A stretch of 64,000 nt of DNA from Cycas panzhihuaensis (lineage: Eukaryota; Plantae; Cycadophyta): positions 249,495,741 to 249,559,740 of the forward strand of contig CM041465.1 of the NCBI GenBank assembly GCA_023213395.1. Direction: 5' to 3'. The notes beneath the pieces are model-generated. The model made no database searches. It had not been told where the DNA came from and saw only the letters and a program-made list of their open reading frames with translations. Within the stretch, counting starts at the first letter, position 1; every line of letters starts with the position of its first letter. Positions 53,620 through 64,000 of the stretch are shown piece by piece. The translations under genes were made by a program, and so were the position numbers.

Positions 53620-54219
53620 TCATCTTACACTAGAGTACAATTCTCTATCTTTATTTTTAGCATGCATCCAATAGCTCCATCTCAACTTTGTAAGGATATG
53701 CCTCACTCTTGATTTAGAGAAGCGATGTTTTCAGATGTATTTTTAGGATATTTATACAAACCAATTGTTATTTGATTCTCTAGTTAGCTCAATAATTTTT
53801 TATGGAGCAAAGATGTTGGCATTGAGTCTATCCTCGGACTCGAGAGTGCAAATTGTTATGCTTTCTAGGACCATACATCATAAACACACGATTCCTCTTC
53901 AAATGATATAGGTAGAGTTTGGCGCACCACCTCTTCAATTAGGCCATGCTTGGGATTGCTTGGTATTTACATAGGGTCAAGAGTATGGGAGACTCTAGTA
54001 CTAGGAGGGGTAGATGCCCATTTTTGGCGGCTTTTTCTTCACAAGATTTGTCTTGGATGCAATCCAAGTGTTGGTATGCTAAGGTATTAGTTCTATTGTG
54101 AATGATTGGGATTCTTACTGGTTGACTTCGACCCACACAACTCTCATTGGATAACCCCAATTTCAATCTATTCAAGAAAGAGATTAATGAGGCCATAATG
54201 AATGAACTTTATTGGACAT
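53620..54219 (+). mobile_element. Decayed LINE ORF2 C-terminal region (left part, split by the chromovirus)
   Basis: LLFDSLVSSIIFYGAKM (53765-53815) resembles the LF.SLV.P.LLYG.E.W motif downstream of LINE RT; TIPLQMI*VEFGAPP follows. Confidence 0.55.
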
Positions 54220-57200
54220 TGTTATAAATCTTTATTAATTGTTGAAAAGATACCTTCTAAGGGTTACGTCCCTTAATACAACAACAGATACCATGCATTT
54301 ATTTATATGGCCGTTGTTCTGTTGTATGGATATCTGGAGTCTACATCAATAATACTTGTAAACTTTCAAAACTCTCAGCATTATTTGCTCATCTCTCTTA
54401 ATTCTTGAGTTGGGTTCGATACAAGTGGTATCAGAGCATCCTTTCTGGCCTGTGAAGAAAAAAACAAGTATTCAAGATTCTAACCACTGCAATAATGACA
54501 AGCAGCCATTAAACAAGCTTTGCTGGAGATCTAGAGGAATTGAATCTGCCAGACGGGAAAGGACCATATCTTGTTCTCTGTGTACGACAATCTCGTCATA
54601 AACACCAGCAAGCACTCTGATTCGCTTAATTGTTAACATCATCTTCCGTTCCTTGTCACATCACCGCCATATCGCTTTAGCATATATACCATCAATTCTG
54701 CAATCGTTGAAAACACATCTTAACGCACTTATCATCTGTGCATTCATCAATCAACCGTCTTCAGACATCTTTACTTTGTATGTTAGCTTGGGAACTGGTC
54801 CCTTTTGATTGGCCGAGCATTCATTAGTCTTTGTAGTTAACCGTTGCATTACTAAGCAAGATCCGAGGTCTTCGTTGCTATGTCTGCGTGATTACCAGAT
54901 CTGCGTCTGGGTATTTTTCATTGCGTCTTCACCCTCGTTGACCCTGGGTATTTTTCGTTACGTTGCGTCCGTGATTACCAGATCTGCGTCTGGGTATTTT
55001 TGCGTTGCGTCTTCACTAAGTTGCGTCTTCATCTTCATTGCGTCTGCATCTTCACTACGTCGCGTCACGCTTTCACATCTTCATTACGTCGTCCTCTTAA
55101 GTTTTCATTACGTCTTCATTACATCTTCCTCTTAAGTCTTCATTACGTTTCTTTCTTACGTCTTCCTTCTTCAAGTCCGCTTACATTATTTAGGCCGTAC
55201 ATTATTCTTATTAGATATTACTAATATCTATTGAATATTATTAAATATAAGTCATTTACATAGCCGCCAAGATTATTTAACATTATTTATTGCATTCACT
55301 TCAATACATTATTTGTAATAACTAACCTTTATTTGTAATAACTAACCTTTATTTATTAACTAACTTTATTTGTAATAACATTTTGTTACTCCCGATTGAT
55401 TAAATATAACTTTATTTTCACTCTATTAATCATATATCATAAACACTCAATTGTATTACCATATCAATAATCTTTAAGATCTTCATCCAAAATCCTTGAT
55501 TGTCATAACATTGGGTAGACAGTATTGTTAGCTTATGTGAGACATTTAGGCCTTGACTTTTCCTAATTCACGTCCCCATTCAATCTATTAACAATTGTGA
55601 ATAGGGGATAATTGACCAAATTCTCCTTTATCTATCCCTATTATCGATCTTCTCAAATAGGCTTCAGCAATCTGTCAATTTATTTAATTAACTGCTTATT
55701 CTTGGCCAAAAGTTTCGCAAAATTTGATAAGTATTGGAAGCGTGTGACAGTCCTTTTACAAAGCTTCATTCAACTTATGAAATTTATACACAAGTGTAAA
55801 AGAGATTAACAAGAGAAGCAGAGACTTGCATTGGCACACTAAACACGACCGTCAAACAGTGGAATCGTATTTATACGATTATTAAAATAATGAATACTGA
55901 AGACATAGCTGATAATACCATTCAAAAAGAGATCGTCGAACCAATCACTCAGGTAGTCCATAGCGCAGTTCAAACGTTAAATGCCCTTTTAAACCATACT
56001 TTACACCAAATTTTGGATAAACTAACAATCATGGCGACAAGTAGAAAAGAAGATATGATTGTACCTGATTCAGAAGATGAAGCAAATAGTTGTCAAACAC
56101 ATTTCAGACATCAAACGCCAAGAAATCAGTGGGGTCCTCAAATATCTCTCATTAATTTTGAAAACGAGGCTATTAGGAAATATCTTAATGAATACCGGAA
56201 TTTAATCCCTGAAGAACAAAAGATAGTGGGTTTTCAGGCATACTTTAATTGCTTACAGAGCATTCAAACACAAAAAGAAAAAGTTAGAAAAAATTACTAT
56301 ACAACGTTTCAGTATAGAACAAAAGTCGCATGAGCCAAGAGTATGGATTCAACAGATGGAAAACTACTTTCGTTTAATGGAGATTGAGCAAGTAGAGCAA
56401 GTCCCGTTAGCCACCCTCCACACCCTCCACATGGATGGAATAGCATGTGAATGGTGGCAGTGTTTAGAACGAACCTCTTTTCGGATTCAACTTCCAACCT
56501 GGAAAGAATTTATACGCTTATTCATTGAACGGTTTTGAGACTGTATCTAATTGTGATTATTATTGTGAATTACGAAGATTAAAACAAACTGGTTCTGTGG
56601 AAGAATATAGTGCTACGTTCACGAGACTAAGCTATGTGTTAGAAGATATTCCGACCAATCGACTTATCCAGTTATATATAGATGGTCTGATAACATAAAT
56701 CCAGGCTGATGTTCAAATTCAAGAGCCTCGGGATCTGAATAAGGCCATATAATTAGCCAAAATACAAGAAGGAAAGATTAATGAATTAAGGAAGGTAAGA
56801 ACAAAACCTTATATTCCTTCGCATGCTCGTTCTAATCCTCCTTCAACTATACGACCTAGTTTTGTATCCAACAGAGTTACTCGGCCAGTTAAACTGTTAC
56901 TTCAAAGAACAAGAGCTAAGCAAGAAGAACTACGAAAAAATAATCTTTGTTTCAGGTGTGCCGAAAAATGGACACCTAATCATAAATGTCAGAAAAATCA
57001 ACTATACACTATTGAATATCTCCGGTAGCCGAAGATGAGGAAATTGAAGAAGAAGGGGGCACCGAATGTGACCAAGGAAACATTGAAAATCATGAGTATC
57101 AATATAACCAGGAGGAAGACACCTTAAAAATGTCATTCTCAGCTATGAGTGGATTGACAAGATCTGACACACTTAAACTACGAGGATTTATTAAAAATCA

Positions 57201-60200
57201 AGCTATTACGATTTTGATCGATCCAGGAAGTACTCATAATTTTATTGATAGAATATCAGCTCAACAATTAAAATTATTTCCATCTAGAACAACACCTTTT
57301 CAAGTAAGTGTTGGAGGGCGACAGGTTATATCTGGGCAAGGAATGATGGAGAACCTTAAAATCTCAATTGGGGACGTTACTCTCAAAGAAAATTTTTACG
57401 TATTAGATGTTGGTGGAGTAGATGTTGTTCTGGGAAGTGAATGGTTACGAACCTTGGGAACTTTTGAGATGAATCTTAAAGAATTATTTATGAGATATAA
57501 GAAAGATGGAAGAATTATCACCCTTCAAGGGGAAAGACCTGGAAATAGCCAACTGATATCATGTAAAAAAATGGAAAAATTAATCAAGAAGGGTCATTGA
57601 GGTATGATGGCTCAATTTTTTTTGATCCATTCAGAAATTAAACCAACTGCACAAGAAAATGAATTACAAAGGCTCATCCAAAGAAAGATAAAGAAGAAGT
57701 TTTTCAAAATATTCCGGTAATTACCACCGACAGAGGATGTGAACATCAAATCGAATTGGAAGGTGCACTAATCCGATTGTTATCCTACCTATAAACAACC
57801 ACATCATTATCGGAATGAGATTGAAAAGATCGTACAAGAATTATTAGATATAGGAGCAATAACTCCTAGTAAAAGTCCGTTTGCAGCACCAATAATTTTA
57901 GTAAGAAAAAAAGATGGATTTTACCGTATGTGTATAGATTATTGAGCATTAAATAAAGTTACAATAAAAAATAAATTTCCGATACCAAGAATCGATGAAT
58001 TATTAGACGAATTACATGGAGCAGAATACCTTTCTAAAATCGATTTAAAATCCGGCTATCATCAAATTCGCATTAAACCGGAAGATACATACAAAATAGC
58101 TTTCAGTACACACTATGGTCATTATGAGTTCAAGGTAATGCCCTTTGGCTTAACCAATGCACCAGCCACATTCCAAGTTATAATGAATGAAGTTCTAAAA
58201 CCTTTCTTACGGAAGCTTGTCTTAGTCTTCTTTGACGACATATTAATATTCAGTAAACAATGGGAAGAACACCTAAATCATCTCGACCAAGCACTGAACA
58301 CCTTAAAGAAACATAAATTCTATGCGAATAAATCAAAATGTTATTTTGGAATGAAAGAAATAGAATATCTGGGTCATCTTATATCAAAAGAAGGAATTAG
58401 AGCTGACCTCAGAAAAGTTAAAGCAATTCTAGAATGGCCGATACCTAAAAATATCACGAAGCTCCGAGGATTTCTGGGTTTAACAGGATATTACCGACGT
58501 TTTGTGAAAAATTATGCACAAAGAACAATTGTTTTAACTTGTTTATTAAAAAAGGATTCTTTTCAATGGAATGAAGAAGCAACAAAATGTTTCGAACAAA
58601 TTAAGCAAATAATGATCTAGTTACCGATACTTACATTACCTGATTTTTCTAAAATCTTTATAATAGAATGTGATGCATCAGGCACGGGAATCGGTGCAGT
58701 ACTGATACAAGAAGGCAAACCCATTGCATTTGAAAGTAGGAAGCTAAACAACCGGGAAATCTTCAAGTCAACTTATGATAAAGAAATGCTGGCCATTATA
58801 CACGCTCTAGTTAAATGGCCAAGATTCCGCTTTCAGAGCAAATTTATAGTTAAGATAGATCATAATAGTCTACAATATTTACTAAAACAAAAGAGTTATC
58901 CATTGAACAACAAAAATGGATAAGTAAAATTCAGGCATTTGATTTCGACATAACATATAACAAAGGAAAAAATAATGTGGTAGCTGATGCTTTGTCACGG
59001 AAAGATGAAGAGAATACAGAACCTCAACTAAAGGCTATCTCAATGATAGAGCCAGTATGGATAATGGATTTACAATCGGAGTATGTGAAAAATCCTGACA
59101 TTCAACAACTCATTTAAAGAATTCAACAAGGAAAAGAAGACAAATTTGAATGGAGAAATGATATTATATGGTATAAAGGACGAATATTTTTAGATTCAAA
59201 CTCAGCTTTCCGTAACAAGATATTAAACGAAGCCCATGTAGTACCGGCTGCAGGACATGAAGGATTTTATAAAACATATCTGCGAATTAAACAGTCATTT
59301 TTCTGGAAAGGAATGAAAAAGGATATAATGAAATTTGTAGCTAAATGTATAGTATGCCAAGTCAATAAATATGAACGTATTGCTACTCCTGGTCTGCTCC
59401 GGCCTCTTCCTATTCCGCAACAAAAATGGGAAAGTATTAGCATGGATTTTATCACAGGTTTACCAAAATCAGAAGGGAAAGATGCTATATATGTGGTTGT
59501 GGATCATTTAACAAAGTTTGCTCATTTTATATCCATACAATCTAACTACAAAGCTCAGCAGTTAGTTGAAGTATTTATCAAAGAAATTCACAAGTTACAT
59601 GGCTTTCCAAAGACTATTGTTAGTGACAGAGATCCTAAATTTTTAAGTCATTTCTGGCAAGAAATGTTTCGACAAGTAGGTACAAAATTAAATATGAGTA
59701 CCAGTTATCATCCGCAAACAGATGGACAAACTGAAGCTATTAACAAATGTTTAGAGAGTTATTTACAAAATTATGTAACAGATAAACAACATTTGTGGGT
59801 CAAGTGGTTACACTTAGCTGAAGCATGGTATAATTCTTCTTACCATTCGTCCATTAAAATGACCCCTTATCAAGCATTATATGGATACCAACCAACTCAA
59901 TTAAAAGATTGGGTCCAAACGGATAATAAAGTTCCAGCAATTAATGACTATATCCAAGAGTCATATAACATAATTCAAATACTAAAGCGACATTTAGAAG
60001 AAGCAAGGAATCGTATGAAACAACAAGTTGATAAAAATCGAACTGAAAGAATTCTTGAAGTTAGCGACTGGGTCTATGTGAGGCTGCAACCATACAAGCA
60101 AGCATCATTAAAAAAATTCTCAAAAACAGAAATTAAGTCCTCGCTTTTATGGTCCTTTTCGGGTTCAACAAAAATTGCAAGATAGCTTATGCTTTAGAGC

Positions 60201-60708
60201 TCCCAACCTCAAAATTACACAATGTATTTCATGTATCATGTCTTAAAAAGAAAATTGGAGATCATGTGCAGGTACAAACATACTTACCTCTCCTAGATGA
60301 AGAAGGCAAATTAATCTCATTACCAGAAGCTATCCTTGAAGTTCGAGAACGCCGATTACAGTCAAAATCTATTCAAGAATATTTGATCAAATGGAAACAA
60401 TTGCGTATAGAAAACGCTTCTTGGGAATCCTCTGATTTTATCAAGCTTCATCCTGACTTGAGACACGAGAGTTTCGTGGGCGAAACATCTTGAGAGGGAG
60501 GAATTGTTATAAATCTTTATTAATTGTTGAAAAGATACCTTCTAAGGGTTACGTCCCTTAATACAACAACAGATACCATGCATCTATTTATATGGCCGTT
60601 GTTCTGTTGTATGGATATCTGGAATCTACATCAATAATACTTGTAAACTTTCAAAACTCTCAGCATTATTTGCTCATCTCTCTTAATTCTTGAGTTGGGT
60701 TCGATACA
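54220..60708 (+). mobile_element. Full-length chromoviral Ty3/Gypsy (Reina-like size, short LTRs)
   Basis: 204-bp LTRs at 54220-54423 and 60505-60708 with 2 differences; PBS TGGTATCAGAGC at 54426-54437; PPT GAGAGGGAGGAA at 60492-60503; TSD GACAT/GAGAT; order gag-PR-RT-RH-IN-chromodomain. Confidence 0.97.
55890..60493 (+). pseudogene. Chromovirus gag-pol pseudogene with C-terminal chromodomain
   Basis: LIDPGSTHNF (PR); MPFGLTNAPATF and FFDDIL (RT); ECDASG (RH); ISMDFITGLP, VSDRDP, HPQTDGQTE (IN); YGPF; PEAIL..EYLIKWK..ASWE (chromodomain). Confidence 0.95.
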
Positions 60709-61060
60709 GAGATATATCTAGGACACTTCCTATTTTTTCTACAAAGTGGCTTTGTCTTGAATGATCTTTTTACTATGAGCATTTGCTCATATTTATGAAT
60801 GGCATGATAGGTCCACTAGGGTGGCATGAAATTCTGCATGGGGCAATTGAGGATATGCTCTTATTAACTTAGGATAGAAGTTGCAGATTTTATTCCTTGA
60901 ATAAGTAGATTTGTACACTGTGTCTTGGAATTAGAGACTAAAGATCATTTTATTTTTTAGTAATATACTATGAGATTAGGGGAAGATTTCACAGTCTATT
61001 TAGAGACTCTAAAAGGGTCTTTATTGGTTTTTATTTCTTGTACATATTAGAGTCTCATTT
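60709..61060 (+). mobile_element. Decayed LINE ORF2 C-terminal Cys/His domain (right part)
   Basis: QLRICSY*LRIEV..ICTLC..LETKDHFIF..YYEIRGRFHSLFRD resembles the LINE C-terminal zinc-binding region. Confidence 0.6.
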
Positions 61061-62830
61061 CTCTTTTTTCCCTAAAGAGTTTTTTCTTAGCAGGAAGTGG
61101 CTTTTGATTATCCAAGAGCCCTCTAATATGTAGTTGATGATTACATCATTTTTTAGCTCATGGGCTATACTTCATTTGGATAAAAATGCTCTCTAGTCTC
61201 TTAGGGTAATCAACGATAGATTAGACATGCACCTTAGGCCTTGGCTTACCTCATATTTAGGCTATTTGTAGGAGAGACTATAACTAAAAGATCAAGATCT
61301 AGATGATCCCCAACTTCATGATTTATCTCTACACTTTTTGTGTACTACCTATTTTTCTTTCATACATTATACACTTTGACTTTGAGTGCTCGGAGAGAGA
61401 CTTCTCAATGTGGAGAAGAACTGCCTCTTAGGATACCATAACCATGACTCATCACTAGCTTTTTGCATCGAAAGGCAAGATTTCACTTCATAGGTTCATA
61501 CACTAGGTGATTGGGGATTTTGTAGAGGTGAGAATAACATGTTGCTAGTAAATTTGAGACTACATAATCAAGTGGATGGCCATAAAGGCCAATGTTGAAG
61601 GATTCTAGGATGTAAAATAATGCAATGAAATCTAAGGTTGACATGTAATGATACAAACAATAAGGTTGACAATGTCGCAACAAGACCTTCAAGATTGAAA
61701 AGTATGTGCTTGCAGACACTCTAATACGCAACAAAAGGCTTTATGCCATTGGTTCACCACGTTAAGCGATGAAGGCATATCTAAGTACAAATTTGGTAGG
61801 AAGATGAACTTGAGTGGTGTCTTATGGTTTAAATATTGCAAAATGAGATTGAAGCCTACCATGAGGTGTAAAAAAGTTGCAACAACATGTATAGGATGTG
61901 TAATCTTATCAATAAAATATTCTACAACATGAGATAATTGCATGAATTATCAAAATGTTATTTCCCATTGGAGCAATAACGACTTAGCAAAAGGTGGTAT
62001 TTGAAAGATTTAATTGTTTCTGTAAAAGAATTGTAGTTGAATGATACCAAATCACCTATAAAAATTGGTAGGATTTTAGAAGTGGAGAACAAATATCGAC
62101 CTTTTGAAAAACAAACTAAAATAAATTTTTGGAAACAAAACATATAATATTTACATTAAAAAGACATGTATAACTATTAATTAGGCTCAAGTGGACTATA
62201 TCAATTAGAAGTACACCAGGTTTTATGAGTTGAATGCTTTAGCATTTTTGTTGTGATTTTTAGATTTTTTATTTATTTTTATTTTAAAAGTTTGATGAAG
62301 ACTTAAGAAAACATAGAAGTGAAATGGTCAAAGCTAGAGTTTGAAGGGAAAGTTGCCCATAAATATGCATTGCATCATAGAGGAACAACTAGTAATTATA
62401 GGATTAAACCTACAATAACGCAATGATGAAAGAAATGATGCATGGGGGTATATGAGGATAACCTATCCTTGCTTTTGCTCAAATGAGCATGAGTTCGATT
62501 ATTAGCAGGGAGATAATAGTCTTCCACTTCAGTTGACTTGAATGACTTGTGAAAGTTACTTGAAAGCTAACTCCAAACTAAGTGGGTGAAAATGATATTC
62601 ATCAATGAAGTTTAAATCGACCATAGGTTTAGGTGACTCAATGGAAATGCAATCAATAAGATTTTCATTTACAAAAATATCCTTACTTGAGTTGAGTGGA
62701 AGTGAATCAAATGATTAAGCAAAAGATGAATTATTAATGAAGTCTAACACATCATAAAATAATTTGGAGTCATATGCAGAGTTAGATGGACTATCTAAAG
62801 GCTCATTTGGCAAAGGGGTAACCTTGTTAA

Positions 62831-63965
62831 CAACCTCAAAGGAGGTGCCAACAAATGGAGGAGTAGCAAGTGAACTAAGTACCTCTTCATTCTTAATAGA
62901 AATAATGTAAAGTGACTATGAATAAACTTAAAATTGAGGATTTGAAAAAATGTCATATTGTATAGGCTTAGACTGTATAGACTTATTGATCTATGAGGAT
63001 TCAACTGATTGTTTAAATTCTAAGCTTGAGTTAGAGGAGGATGTCAAATTATCAACAAAAGATGACTGTTGAATATGGAATTGTCATCAAATATGATGAA
63101 AGATTAACATTGTTTGAACCCTATGGGTCAAGAAATGTTGAATCGTAGATATGAGGAGGTGATGAACATGCACAAGTATCAATATTTAGCACTTGGCAGT
63201 AAGAAGTTTAGTAGTTTTTTATTTCAAAGGGAACACCCTACCATAAAACTCAATTCCCATCTTATTTTATTAATTGTGATCAATGTCAACAAACATAATT
63301 ATTTGGAAAACTTAGTAGTTTTAACTTAATTTCTATACAAGAATTGAATCTCTCCTAAAAGAGAGAATGGAATGACAAAATAGCTTGAATCTAGTTGTGA
63401 CTGAGCAAAACACTATAATCAAGAATCATATTGACAATTTCAACATCAACCTTAATAGTTTTACCTTCAAAAGTGATGGGAAGGTTAATCTCTCACATTG
63501 ACAGATGCTTAATAGCATCAAAAGCTTTAATCATCTTTGAACTTTTTATCCAACTTCATAAGTTGGAGGGTGTGCACGAGAGAAATGTGAATTAGTTTAA
63601 TCATGAGCCATCATCAATAATAATTTGATGGACTAAGGTTTCATTAATGATCACCTAGATAACTGAAGGTTTAAGATTAGGCAAAGAGTTAACATTTTCT
63701 AACAAAAATGAAGGATTGAAAAACATGATACCAGAGTAAGGATTGGATGATTAGATCTTGCATGATCAGAGACAATTTTGTCTCTACAAAGGGCAACATT
63801 TCAACAAGTCATAAAGTGACATCCTCGATGAAATACTCTTTAAATCCTCAACCTCAAAGGAAGTCCCAACAAATGGAGTAGGGGCAATTAGTGAACTAAG
63901 CAACTTTTCGTTCTTAAGAGAGAGAATGAAAAGCAACTCAGAATAAACATCAAGTTAAGGTTCTA
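62831..63965 (+). repeat. Degenerate direct repeat with about 1018-bp spacing
   Basis: CAACCTCAAAGGA..CCAACAAATGGAG..AGTGAACTAAG at 62831 and 63849. Confidence 0.6.
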
Positions 63966-64000
63966 CGAAAAAACCCTGATTGTACAGGCTCAAACTACGT

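Overview
Gene-poor, AT-rich plant genomic DNA, probably from a large non-angiosperm genome such as a gymnosperm or fern (inferred from TE style only). The window is almost entirely nested, decayed retroelements, with no intact host gene, RNA gene or CRISPR array. It holds two full-length Ty1/Copia elements with paired LTRs, PBS, PPT and TSDs (112-5947, 32479-39812) and a truncated Copia (15696-21107). It also holds a minus-strand non-chromoviral Ty3/Gypsy (about 9427-15695), a young short-LTR chromovirus (54220-60708) inserted into a LINE remnant, and a rearranged relic of the same chromovirus type (27787-31100). The most notable feature is two diverged copies (6295-about 9420, truncated; 44817-49835, complete) of a non-autonomous LTR family. 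This family lacks recognisable RT, integrase and RNase H, and shares terminal and PPT signals with the resident Copia elements. It keeps a roughly 500-codon Gag-N-fused reading frame open through several frame-preserving indels. Each copy carries a different antisense cargo at the same position, and one cargo is a host carboxylesterase fragment. Second most notable: the minus-strand Gypsy has two extra capsid-like (Gag N-lobe) units between protease and RT. All alignments were done by eye.
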